A stretch of 64,000 bases of DNA, taken from positions 2,374-66,373 of the forward strand of contig CAJOIW010000025.1 in NCBI GenBank assembly GCA_905234845.1. Direction: 5' to 3'. The notes beneath the pieces were generated by a model. That model was not told where the DNA came from, ran no database searches, and worked only from the letters and a program-made list of their open reading frames with translations. The stretch comes from an uncultured Prevotella sp. Its GTDB lineage: Bacteria; Bacteroidota; Bacteroidia; Bacteroidales; Bacteroidaceae. Made by a program: the position numbers and the translations under genes. This document shows positions 10,626-20,218 of the stretch, in pieces (positions within the stretch are counted from its first letter, which is position 1; the number at the start of each line of letters is the position of its first letter).

Positions 10626-10641
10626 ATGTAATCGTTTGCAC
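10626..10641. promoter_or_regulatory. Second putative LacI operator, upstream of amylase 2
   Basis: ATGTAATCGTTTGCAC shares core AATCGTTTGC with 393-408; -7 element TACCTTTG at 10695-10702. Confidence 0.6.
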
Positions 10642-10791
10642 AAAAAATATCCCACTATCATCCTTCAGACTTTACATACATATATAATAATGTGTACCTT
10701 TGCAGTGGAAAGTGTAATAGCCCCTTATTGTAAGTGGGATCTGACAAGTTGCTGAAAACCAAAGGAACAAATATAAAAACATCTAATTGAT

Positions 10792-13737
10792 ATGAAGAAA
10801 ATCTACGCTATTCTATTGGCCACAATGCTGCCAATGCTATCGTTCGCACAAGGATGGCCTGCCAACTACGGTGGAGTCATGTTGCAAGGATTCTACTGGG
10901 ACTCCTACGACGACACGAAGTGGACTAACCTCACGGCACAGGCCGATGAGCTGTCCAAGTATTTCGACCTTATCTGGGTGCCTAACTCGGGCTACTGCAA
11001 GCAGTCGCAGAGCATGGGCTACAACCCCGTGTACTACTACAACCACAACAGTGCCTTCGGCAAGCCGAAGGAGCTGCTCAACATGATTAAGGTTTTCAAG
11101 GAGAAGGGCACGGGCTTCATCATGGACGTGGTCATCAACCACCGCAACGGCGCCACCGACTGGACCGACTTCCCCACAGAGAAGAATGCCCTCGACGGCG
11201 TGACCTACTCCATGACGGGTAAGGACATCTGCCGCAACGATGACGGCGGCTACACCGCAGCGCAGGGCTATGAGGTGGGCAACAACGACGACACGGGCGA
11301 CGACTTCAGCGGCGCGCGCGACCTCGACCACACATCGAAAAACGTGCAGGATAACTGTAAGGCTTACTGCAAGTTCCTGCTCGAGAAAATCGGCTACGTG
11401 GGCTTCCGTCTCGACATGGTAAAGGGCTATGCCCCGCAGTACACCAAGATGTACAACGAGTATTCAAAACCGCAGTTCTGCGTGGGCGAATATTGGGACA
11501 GCTATGAGAACATCACCAACTGGATGAACGGTACGGGCAAGACCTCGGCTGCCTTCGACTTCCCTTTGAAATTCCAGCTCAACAAGGCTTTCGGCGATGG
11601 CAATTACGGAGCACTCTCCGACAAAGGCATTACGGGTGACTCTTACTGGAGCCGCTACAGCGTAAGCTTCGTCGACAACCACGACACCGGCCGCGAAGGC
11701 ACCGCCTGTCCGCGTAACCAGCTCGGCGCAACAGCCTTCATCCTTGGTATGCCAGGCACACCCTGTGTGTTCCTGAAGCACTGGAAGAAATGGAAGCGCG
11801 AGATTGGCAACATGATTCTCGCTCGCAAGGCCGCCGGACTAACCAACCAGAGCCATATTATCTACCAGGAAGCGGTTGGCAGTGGCTATGTCATCAAGAC
11901 ACAGGGCACGAAAGGTACCGTCATGGTTACCTGTGGCAACGTGGGCGACTATAGCACCACCGGATTTACCAAGATTGAGTCGGGTAACTCGTTTGGCTAC
12001 TACGTCAGCGACAATGTCACCGTCGAGGGTCTCGACTACACCGAGCCTGAGAAGAAAGACTATACCGTCTACATAGCTGCACACGCCGCTCCCACACTCT
12101 ACGCCTGGGACAACGACGGCACCGAGCTCAACGGTGAATGGCCTGGCACCTTGCTCAGCGAGACAGAGACCACACCCAACGGCACAGAGTGGTATGTGGC
12201 TAAGTTCAATGCCGCATCGCTCAATGTCATCATCAATAACGGCAAGGGCGGACAGACTCCCAACATCGAAGACCTCGACGAGGTGACCTATCTCTACTAC
12301 AACGGTCGCACAGGCTATGAGATCACCGACAAGGAATTTGTCAAGCCACTGCCCGCCACCGGCATCACCGTACACGTATGCTCCAACAGCGCGCCTTACC
12401 TCTACGCATGGAACGACAACGGTTCACTTAACGGCGAATGGCCCGGCACGAAGATGACCGATACGAAGACCTCTGCCAACGGCACACGCTGGTTCGTGAC
12501 TACTCTCGATGCCGATATGGCCAACATCATCTTCAACAACGGACAAGAAGGCGACCAGAACAAGACTGAAGACATTGAGAATATCACCGACGCCGATGTC
12601 TACTTCACTTGGAACGGCACTTCGGGCTATGAGAAAGTCACCAGCGACTATCAAGGTCCCGTACTTGGCGATCAGGTGATCATCCATGTCTGCTCCGACT
12701 CCGCTCCCTACCTCTACACATGGGACGGCGGTGGCGGTCTCTTCACTGGTGAATGGCCTGGTACGCAGATGACCGAACGCACCACCACACCTAACGGCAC
12801 CGAGTGGTACACCGCCACCATCAACACCTCCATCCTCAATTTCATCCTCAACAACGGAAATGGCGCACAGACGGGCGACATCAACGACGTGACGGGCGAG
12901 GTTTACTACACGTGGAACGGCGGCAGCAAGGCCACACAAGTAACCGCCGACTACGTAAAAGGTCAAATCGGCAACGATGCCATCACCATCTTCGTCAGCG
13001 CTGACGCCGCACCCTTCCTCTATTCATGGGACGGTGTAGCCGGTGAGCACAATGGCACCTGGCCTGGCGAAGAGCTCACACAGACCACGAAGACTGCCGA
13101 CGGCAAGACATGGTACTACTACACCTTCGAGTCCGACGTGACCAACGTCAACATCATCTTCAACAACGGCAATGGCGGTCAGACCCCCGACATCGAGGGC
13201 ATCACCTACACACGCTACTTCACCTACGACGGCAACGCCGGCTATGAGGATGTCACCTCACAATACATGGATGTACCGGAGCCCGAGCTCCCCGCCTGCG
13301 CCGTCTATCTCGAAGGCCAGCTATTCGTCTACTTCGAGGCAACCACCGACTATCCCACCCCGTATGTCTGGGCATGGAACGACAACGGTAACCTCAACGG
13401 AGCAGAATGGCCTGGCACTGGTGTCATGGAGAAAGTAGGCAATGCCGACAACGGCAACGCTGTCTATCGCTTCGTCTTCGAGCAAGAGCCCACTGGCCTG
13501 CTCTTCAGCAATGCCGGCACGCCACAAACCAGTGACTTTGTCTTTACCAACGGTGGCTATTACACCACCACAGGTCTCTACGCTGTAGTAAATTCCTCGA
13601 GTGGTATTATCGTTCCGTTCGTTGCCGCACCACAGCAACAGGGAGCCGCCATTTACGATCTGCAGGGCCGCCGACTCAACGGCAAGCCGCAGCGCGGGCT
13701 CTACATTGTGAACGGTAAGAAATACGCAGTAAAATAA
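10792..13737 (+). CDS. Secreted GH13 alpha-amylase with about five tandem CBM26-like modules and T9SS-type CTD
   Basis: GFRLDMVKGY, VGEYWD, FVDNHDT; repeated PYLYAW...GEWPG...W(Y/F)...IIFNNG..QT modules; tail IYDLQGRRL...GLYIVNGKKYAVK. Confidence 0.93.
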   Translation: MKKIYAILLATMLPMLSFAQGWPANYGGVMLQGFYWDSYDDTKWTNLTAQADELSKYFDLIWVPNSGYCKQSQSMGYNPVYYYNHNSAFGKPKELLNMIKVFKEKGTGFIMDVVINHRNGATDWTDFPTEKNALDGVTYSMTGKDICRNDDGGYTAAQGYEVGNNDDTGDDFSGARDLDHTSKNVQDNCKAYCKFLLEKIGYVGFRLDMVKGYAPQYTKMYNEYSKPQFCVGEYWDSYENITNWMNGTGKTSAAFDFPLKFQLNKAFGDGNYGALSDKGITGDSYWSRYSVSFVDNHDTGREGTACPRNQLGATAFILGMPGTPCVFLKHWKKWKREIGNMILARKAAGLTNQSHIIYQEAVGSGYVIKTQGTKGTVMVTCGNVGDYSTTGFTKIESGNSFGYYVSDNVTVEGLDYTEPEKKDYTVYIAAHAAPTLYAWDNDGTELNGEWPGTLLSETETTPNGTEWYVAKFNAASLNVIINNGKGGQTPNIEDLDEVTYLYYNGRTGYEITDKEFVKPLPATGITVHVCSNSAPYLYAWNDNGSLNGEWPGTKMTDTKTSANGTRWFVTTLDADMANIIFNNGQEGDQNKTEDIENITDADVYFTWNGTSGYEKVTSDYQGPVLGDQVIIHVCSDSAPYLYTWDGGGGLFTGEWPGTQMTERTTTPNGTEWYTATINTSILNFILNNGNGAQTGDINDVTGEVYYTWNGGSKATQVTADYVKGQIGNDAITIFVSADAAPFLYSWDGVAGEHNGTWPGEELTQTTKTADGKTWYYYTFESDVTNVNIIFNNGNGGQTPDIEGITYTRYFTYDGNAGYEDVTSQYMDVPEPELPACAVYLEGQLFVYFEATTDYPTPYVWAWNDNGNLNGAEWPGTGVMEKVGNADNGNAVYRFVFEQEPTGLLFSNAGTPQTSDFVFTNGGYYTTTGLYAVVNSSSGIIVPFVAAPQQQGAAIYDLQGRRLNGKPQRGLYIVNGKKYAVK

Positions 13738-13750
13738 TAAACAACCTATC

Positions 13751-13788
13751 GTGCCCGGCGACATACCCGCCGCCGGGCACCCCTTTTC
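13751..13788 (+). terminator. GC-rich hairpin (weak terminator or mRNA-stabilising stem)
   Basis: GTGCCCGGCG-loop-CGCCGGGCAC then CCCTTTT. Confidence 0.55.
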
Positions 13789-13819
13789 ATCAATAAAAAT
13801 CCATTAAATCCATCAGATT

Positions 13820-15010
13820 ATGAAAAAAATCTTTACCCTTATCACCCTCGCGCTGCTCACCATCACAGCCAGCGCACAAGACACCTACACCGTCGTAGGC
13901 ACAGCCGACTTCCTCAACGGTTCAACCAGTTGGGATCTTAACAACAATGCCAACAACATGACCGACATGGGCGACGACACATGGCAACTCGTCGTAGAGA
14001 ACTGCGGACTGGAGGCTGGCGTGACCTATAAGTTCAAGATTGTCAAAAACCATAGCTATACTGAGTCATGGCCGGCTGATGACGCAGAGTTCACCGTCGA
14101 TGAGACCGCCATGTACACCGTCACCTTTACTCTCGAAGACACAGGTCTTGGCATGGATGCCAGCGCAGAGGCCGTGAAGACTGGCACCTACGTTCCTGGG
14201 GCTGCGACATACACGGTGGCAGGAAGCTCTGTCGCACTTCTCGGCAAATCGTGGGATCCCACCTATGCCGCCAACGACATGACCATCACTGGCAAGGACA
14301 CACAGGGTAACAACATCTATACCCTTGTACTCAAGAACAAGACCCTCCCGAAAGGACAGATTAAGTACAAAGTTGCCAAGAATCATGACTGGGGTACAGC
14401 CTATCCTTCTTCTGATAAGCCATTCAACATTCCCGAAGACGGAGAATACAACGTTACCTTCACTTTCAACGAAGGCACACATGCCATGACAGAAGAAGTC
14501 GTGAAAACCAGTGATGTGGTCATCGAGCATACCTGGACTGTTGCCGGAGGTCCTGACGGCAGCGCAGCAAATCTTGACGACCCACTCTTTGGAAAGACTT
14601 GGGATCCTACCCTCGCCGCCAACGACATGACTTTGGTTGAAGGTACCACATGGAAACTCGTCAAGCAAAATGTTACCCTTGCTGTCGGTGAATATGACTA
14701 CAAGGTATGCGGCGACCACGAGTGGGCCGACAGCTATGGCGATGACACGCAAGCCGACGGCAACGCCACCTTCACTGTTGAGCAGGCCGGCGTGTACAAC
14801 GTAACCTTTACCTTCAACAGCGAAAGCGATTCCCAAAAACTCTCCCACGAGTTGACATTAATCTCTGGCACTGGCATTGAGAAAGTAGAGAGTGGAGATC
14901 AGAGAGTAGAGAACTCCGCCATCATCTACGACTTGCAGGGCCGCCGCATCAGCAGTATGCCCCAGCATGGTCTCTACATCCGCAACGGCAAGAAATACGC
15001 TGTAAAATAA
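13820..15010 (+). CDS. Secreted non-catalytic protein, three tandem pullulanase-X25-like (putative alpha-glucan-binding) domains plus T9SS-type CTD
   Basis: Signal peptide; 3x YTV(V/A)G...WDP..ANDMT...YKV..H.W..Y...Y.VTFTF; tail IYDLQGRRI...GLYIRNGKKYAVK; no catalytic motif seen. Confidence 0.75.
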   Translation: MKKIFTLITLALLTITASAQDTYTVVGTADFLNGSTSWDLNNNANNMTDMGDDTWQLVVENCGLEAGVTYKFKIVKNHSYTESWPADDAEFTVDETAMYTVTFTLEDTGLGMDASAEAVKTGTYVPGAATYTVAGSSVALLGKSWDPTYAANDMTITGKDTQGNNIYTLVLKNKTLPKGQIKYKVAKNHDWGTAYPSSDKPFNIPEDGEYNVTFTFNEGTHAMTEEVVKTSDVVIEHTWTVAGGPDGSAANLDDPLFGKTWDPTLAANDMTLVEGTTWKLVKQNVTLAVGEYDYKVCGDHEWADSYGDDTQADGNATFTVEQAGVYNVTFTFNSESDSQKLSHELTLISGTGIEKVESGDQRVENSAIIYDLQGRRISSMPQHGLYIRNGKKYAVK

Positions 15011-15025
15011 AAGAAAGGGAAAAGT

Positions 15026-18000
15026 ATGAAAAGAAAACTTCTTACATCATTGACCTTGACATTGCTGGTGCTGTTTCTTCTGCCAAGCGCTGCCAAGGCG
15101 TGGGACAACGTTTACTTGATTTCCGAACTGAGCAGTTGGAACACTGACGAAAATTACAAGTTTACGAAAGTCGACCAAAACGAGTTCTATTATGAGCTTC
15201 CTGTCTCAAACATCACGGAAGGAGATTTCTATTTCCGTTACTCTGTTGACCCGAACGAGAGTTGGGGACAGCCTAACTGGGGACCTGCCACTGATGGCTA
15301 TGCTCTCACGGCAGCCGACTATCCCGACGCAAGCTACAACAACAGCAATGCTTTTAAGATTGCCCAGTCGGCCAATGCCACCTCGTGCACCATTCGCCTC
15401 AAGTACAACAACAGTACCGGCACATGGACATGGCACGTCACTGCTGAAATAGTTGCGCCTGACTTACAGAAGACCGACTTCACCGTAATGCTCAACGATC
15501 CGGGCTGGGATGAGGTTTATGCCTTCGTTTGGGATGGCGGCACTATTGCAGGCGATGAGGCCGCCACATGGCCAGGTCAGAAACTCACCAAAAGCAAAAA
15601 TGTCTATACCTTCACCTATGCCGCCTATTCCGCCCCTGGAAACATCATCTTCAACGACGGCAACAGTAAGCAGACACCCGACCTTGCCGTTGTTGCTAAC
15701 AAAACCTACACCAACATCTTCAGCATCGTTGGTGGAGAAAAATTCCTCGGATCATGGGACACCGCCAGTTCGATTGACATGACCCAAGGCGATGATGGCA
15801 ATTGGACACTGACCATAGATGAGCAATTTCTTTCCGCCGGTTCGTTCGAGTACAAAGCCATTTACGACCACGACTGGGGCATCAAGGAGTATCCCTCAAA
15901 CGGCAATAATTATCAGGCTGTAGGAGAAGACGGCAACTACAAGATTACCTTCACACTCAATACCTCCGACACCAAAGAGCCACTCACCTGTATTTTGGAG
16001 AAGATTGAAGATGTGGTCATCAGTCATACCTATACGGTTGTCGGTGAAAATGCCGATCTCTTCGGCACACCATGGGTACCCGATCTGACCGATAACGACA
16101 TGACCGAGAACGAGAAGACTGGCATTTACACTTGGACTAAAGAGAACGTGACTCTTTCCGCAGGCATTGGCTACTACAAAGTCGTAGAAGACCACTCCTG
16201 GAAAGTCAATTACGGCTATTCCGACAATATCGACGGCAATGCCAACTATGAGATTCTCGAAGATGGCATTTATACCGCTACTTTCTACTTCGACCCGTCG
16301 AAGACCGACGAGAGAGAACGCCTGTATGCTGAGTTCACCAAGACAGGAGAAAGTCCCACCGACCATACGTACACTGTTGTCGGCAATAGCACCGATCTCT
16401 TCGATGTAGAATGGGATCCAACTAATTCCGCTAACGACATGACCAAGGACGAGAAGACTGGCATCTACACTTGGACCAAAGAGAATGTGGCCATTCAGCC
16501 CAACACCACGATTCTTTACAAAGTTGCCCAAGACCACGCGTGGGATGTTAATTACGGCTATTCCGGCAACACCGACGGTAATGCCGACTATCTCGTTTCT
16601 GAGGGCGGCATCTATACCGCTACCTTCTATTTCGACCCGTCGAAGACCGACGAGAGTGAGCGCCTGTATGCCGAGTTCACCAAGACAGCCGAGCTGCCCG
16701 TAATCATGCAGGACTTCACCGTGACATTCGTTGATCCAGGATGGGAAGAGGTCTATGCCTATGTTTGGACCACTGGTGCAGAGCCTGTTGTTGCTTGGCC
16801 AGGCGAGAAACTCACCAAGTCCGATGATGTCTACACCTACACCATCAACGCTGCTGTTGCTCCCGAGTACATCATCTTCAACAACGGTGACGGCAACGGC
16901 AAGCAGACACCCGACCTCACATTCGAAAACGGTAAGACCTATACCCATATCTATACCATTATTGGCAGCACCAACGGAACCAAAGCCAGCGCCGACGATC
17001 CCATCTTCGAAAAGGCATGGGAGATTATGTACAACCCGATGACCGAGCAGGAGGACGGCACGTGGACACTCACAAAGACCGTCGAGCTGACCGAGATCAC
17101 CTCCATCCGGTTCAAGGCCGCATATAATTATGACTGGGACATCTGCTACGGCAAGACCGACGGCAGCGATCAGGACTATAACGACGTGCAGCCTGGCAAA
17201 TACACTGTGACCTTCACCTTCAACCCGATAGCTGAGGGCGACAAGGTGACTGCCACGTTCGAGGAGGTTATAGAAACACAGGACTTCACCGTGACGTTCG
17301 TTGATCCGGGATGGGAAGAGGTCTATGCCTATGTTTGGACCACTGGTGCAGAGCCTGTTGCTGCTTGGCCGGGCGAAAAGCTTACCAAGGAGAACGATGT
17401 TTACACCTACACCATCAACGCTGCTGTTGCACCCGAGTACATCATCTTCAACAACGGTGACGGCAACGGTAAGCAGACACCCGACCTCACATTCGAAAAC
17501 GGTAAGACCTATACCCACATCTACACCATCGTGGGCAACAGCAACGGAATCGAAGCCGGTGCCGACGATCCCATCTTCGAAAAGGCATGGGAGATCATGT
17601 ACAACCCGATGACCGAGCAGGAGGACGGCACGTGGACACTTACAAAGACCGTCGAGCTGACCGAGCCCACCTCCATTCAGTTCAAGGCCGCATACAATTA
17701 CGACTGGAACATCAGCTACGGCAAGGCCGACGGTAACGACCAGAATTACAACGATGTGCAGCCCGGTAAGTACACTGTGACCTTCACCTTCAACCCGACA
17801 GCTGAGGGAGACAAGGTGACTGCCACGTTTGAGGAGATCACTGAGGCGCAGGACTTCACCGTGTACTTCGACGATCCAGGATGGGAAGAGGTCTATGCCT
17901 ATGTATGGACGGGCGACACTCCCGTGGCACCATGGCCAGGCGAGAAACTCACCAAGGTTACAGACGACATCTACGTCTACACCGTCAATGCCGTGATTGC

Positions 18001-18553
18001 TCCTGAGCACATCATCTTCAACAACGGTGACGGCAACGGCAAGCAGACACCTGACCTTGACTTTAAAGCCGACGAGAAATATACCCACATCTACACCATC
18101 GTGGGTAGCACCAATGGAACCGAAGCCAGTGCCGACGACCTTATCTTCGGCAAGGCATGGGAAACCACCATTGAGGCTAACAACCTCACCGAGCAGGCCG
18201 ACGGCACATGGAAGCTCACAAAGACCGTCGAGCTGACCGAGCCCACCTCCATCCAGTTCAAGGCTGTATATGGCTATAACTGGAGTATGGCTTACGGAAA
18301 GGCTGACGGTAACAACCAGGACTATAACGACGTGCAGCCTGGTAAGTACACCGTGACCTTCACCTTCAACCCGGCCGCTGAGGGCGACAAGGTTATTGCC
18401 ACGTTCGATATTGATACGCGAATCGACCGCGCCATCGAGAAAGAGATTCAGAACGGCACCGCCACTGTCTACGACCTGCAGGGCCGCCGTCTCAACAGCA
18501 TCCCACAGCGCGGACTCTACATCGTGAATGGCAAAACAATGGTCATTAAATAA
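15026..18553 (+). CDS. Large secreted non-catalytic multi-CBM protein (4 CBM26-like and about 6 X25-like modules) plus T9SS-type CTD
   Basis: Signal peptide; 4x DPGW(D/E)EVYA(F/Y)VW...WPG.KLTK...IIFN.G..KQTPDL interleaved with X25-like units; tail VYDLQGRRL...GLYIVNGKTMVIK. Confidence 0.8.
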   Translation: MKRKLLTSLTLTLLVLFLLPSAAKAWDNVYLISELSSWNTDENYKFTKVDQNEFYYELPVSNITEGDFYFRYSVDPNESWGQPNWGPATDGYALTAADYPDASYNNSNAFKIAQSANATSCTIRLKYNNSTGTWTWHVTAEIVAPDLQKTDFTVMLNDPGWDEVYAFVWDGGTIAGDEAATWPGQKLTKSKNVYTFTYAAYSAPGNIIFNDGNSKQTPDLAVVANKTYTNIFSIVGGEKFLGSWDTASSIDMTQGDDGNWTLTIDEQFLSAGSFEYKAIYDHDWGIKEYPSNGNNYQAVGEDGNYKITFTLNTSDTKEPLTCILEKIEDVVISHTYTVVGENADLFGTPWVPDLTDNDMTENEKTGIYTWTKENVTLSAGIGYYKVVEDHSWKVNYGYSDNIDGNANYEILEDGIYTATFYFDPSKTDERERLYAEFTKTGESPTDHTYTVVGNSTDLFDVEWDPTNSANDMTKDEKTGIYTWTKENVAIQPNTTILYKVAQDHAWDVNYGYSGNTDGNADYLVSEGGIYTATFYFDPSKTDESERLYAEFTKTAELPVIMQDFTVTFVDPGWEEVYAYVWTTGAEPVVAWPGEKLTKSDDVYTYTINAAVAPEYIIFNNGDGNGKQTPDLTFENGKTYTHIYTIIGSTNGTKASADDPIFEKAWEIMYNPMTEQEDGTWTLTKTVELTEITSIRFKAAYNYDWDICYGKTDGSDQDYNDVQPGKYTVTFTFNPIAEGDKVTATFEEVIETQDFTVTFVDPGWEEVYAYVWTTGAEPVAAWPGEKLTKENDVYTYTINAAVAPEYIIFNNGDGNGKQTPDLTFENGKTYTHIYTIVGNSNGIEAGADDPIFEKAWEIMYNPMTEQEDGTWTLTKTVELTEPTSIQFKAAYNYDWNISYGKADGNDQNYNDVQPGKYTVTFTFNPTAEGDKVTATFEEITEAQDFTVYFDDPGWEEVYAYVWTGDTPVAPWPGEKLTKVTDDIYVYTVNAVIAPEHIIFNNGDGNGKQTPDLDFKADEKYTHIYTIVGSTNGTEASADDLIFGKAWETTIEANNLTEQADGTWKLTKTVELTEPTSIQFKAVYGYNWSMAYGKADGNNQDYNDVQPGKYTVTFTFNPAAEGDKVIATFDIDTRIDRAIEKEIQNGTATVYDLQGRRLNSIPQRGLYIVNGKTMVIK
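16711..18405 (+). repeat. Intragenic tandem triplication, 570-bp (190-aa) unit
   Basis: GGACTTCACCGTG...GATGGGAAGAGGTCTATGCCTATGT starts at 16711, 17281 and 17851; near-identical DNA. Confidence 0.95.
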
Positions 18554-18594
18554 CAAGGTCAAACTTGCTTGATGCAAAGATCCTAAAAATTCTT

Positions 18595-18634
18595 AATTCC
18601 GCCAGTGAGAGGTTTATCTTTCACTGGCGGAATT
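18595..18634 (+). terminator. Hairpin/terminator after the multi-CBM gene
   Basis: AATTCCGCCAGTGA ... TCACTGGCGGAATT, perfect 14-bp stem. Confidence 0.7.
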
Positions 18635-18797
18635 GTTATGTGTTCAGTTGTGCCTTCGGCACTTTTACCGGACAGCAATATTTCTTACACAAGTTTTGTA
18701 TGCCATTCAACCGCCCCCTATACACAAATTTTTATTTAAAATATCCGAAATATGCAAAATATTCACTATCTTTGCACATGAAAAACGAAGGAAAACT

Positions 18798-20201
18798 ATG
18801 AAACCCAAATCAATTTTTCTTTTACTATTACTATCCGCTATGAGCTGTCTAACAATACATGGACAGCAGAAGTATGTTGGCGGCGACATCTCGCTACTGC
18901 CCTCGTATGAGGCGGCGAATGCCAATTATATGGACGTTAATGGGAATAATATCACCGACATGCTCACATTCCTGAAACAGCAGGGATGGAACGCCATCCG
19001 CGTGCGCCTTTTCGTAGATCCGTCGAAAGCACCTGACAATCATAAGAAGCAAGGAGTCAGGCAAGACTTGGCTTACGTGAAGGCTTTCGGCAAACGCATC
19101 AAACAGGCAGGATTTAAGTTCATGCTCGACTTCCACTATAGCGACACATGGACTGACCCTGGCAAGCACAGCACACCTGCGCAATGGAGTCAGGTCCCGA
19201 CGGTCACCGAGCTGGCCGACTCGCTGGCCGACTACACCATGTCGTGCCTCTACGAGCTGAAATCGGCCGGAGCCGAGCCCGACTTCATACAGACGGGCAA
19301 CGAGATTACCTACGGCATGCTCTGGCCCACCGGACACTGCTATCCCAACGGCGGAGCCTGGACCGACGGTAAAGGCACTTGGGGCAACTTCGCCAAGTAT
19401 CTGAAAGCTGCCGTTGAGGCCTGCCGCTTGATGTGCCCCAAGGCGAAAATCGTGCTGCAGACCGAGATGAGCCGAGCCACCAACGTGACCAACTTCTACC
19501 AGACGGCAAAGGCCTACGGCATCGACTACGACATCATCGGAATCTCCTACTACCCCTATTATCACGGCGGGCTCAGCACGATGGAAGACGTCATCAACCA
19601 ACTCGAGACGACCTACCCCGACAAGAAGATTGAAATCGTGGAGACGGGCTACTACCACAAGTGGTATCCCAGCGATGCTAAATACAGTGCCTACCAGTTT
19701 CAGGCAGCAGGATGGTCGGTCTATAATTCAACGTCGAAGACATACGAGGTCAACAACGAGTGTCAGCGCAAGTTCACCGCCGACCTCGTCGAAATGCTCA
19801 ACAAGCACGCAAGTGTAGACGGACTCTACTGGTGGAGCGCCGAGTCGAACGAATATGGTGTAAACTGGCAGAACGCCGTCACACCGTCGGGATGGTACAA
19901 TGCCTCGCTCTGGGACAACGAGACGGGACGTGCCTTGCCCGCCCTGGCCGAACTGAAAGCCTTCGCACCCAACAGCACAGGAATTAGAGAACGTGATAAG
20001 TTAGAAGTGAAAAGCGATAAGTCCCCGTCAGCGGTCTACGACCTGCAAGGAAGGAAGGTAATGCACCCCCTCCCGACCTCCCCGAAGGAGAGGAGAACTA
20101 ACTCTCAACTTTCAACTCTCAACTCTCAATCCTCAATTCTCAATCCTCAATTAAAGCCTGGAGTCTACATCGTGAACGGGAAAAAAGTGGTTGTGAGATA
20201 A
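18798..20201 (+). CDS. GH53 endo-beta-1,4-galactanase with T9SS-type CTD
   Basis: Start set at MKPKS after TATCTTTG (18767-18774); GGDIS, RVRLFVDP, LDFHYSDTWTDPGK, QTGNEI, GISYYPY, IVETGY; tail VYDLQGRKV...GVYIVNGKKVVVR. Confidence 0.93.
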   Translation: MKPKSIFLLLLLSAMSCLTIHGQQKYVGGDISLLPSYEAANANYMDVNGNNITDMLTFLKQQGWNAIRVRLFVDPSKAPDNHKKQGVRQDLAYVKAFGKRIKQAGFKFMLDFHYSDTWTDPGKHSTPAQWSQVPTVTELADSLADYTMSCLYELKSAGAEPDFIQTGNEITYGMLWPTGHCYPNGGAWTDGKGTWGNFAKYLKAAVEACRLMCPKAKIVLQTEMSRATNVTNFYQTAKAYGIDYDIIGISYYPYYHGGLSTMEDVINQLETTYPDKKIEIVETGYYHKWYPSDAKYSAYQFQAAGWSVYNSTSKTYEVNNECQRKFTADLVEMLNKHASVDGLYWWSAESNEYGVNWQNAVTPSGWYNASLWDNETGRALPALAELKAFAPNSTGIRERDKLEVKSDKSPSAVYDLQGRKVMHPLPTSPKERRTNSQLSTLNSQSSILNPQLKPGVYIVNGKKVVVR

Positions 20202-20218
20202 TGACTTTCCTCTCCTGC

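Noticed and set aside
10278-10687. Short ORFs 10278..10478 and 10490..10687 (also 23340..23537 and 48421..48915)
   Set aside because: They run across palindrome arrays or promoter DNA; the recurring RRSF/RKLSF peptides are translations of the repeat
13820-18553. Cohesin/dockerin scaffoldin interpretation
   Set aside because: No duplicated dockerin Ca-binding motifs or cohesin-like repeats seen; the amylosome comparison is functional only
15896-18577. 893-aa antisense ORF
   Set aside because: Mirror frame of the repetitive multi-CBM gene; codon bias and internal repeats explain the lack of stops; no protein-like motifs
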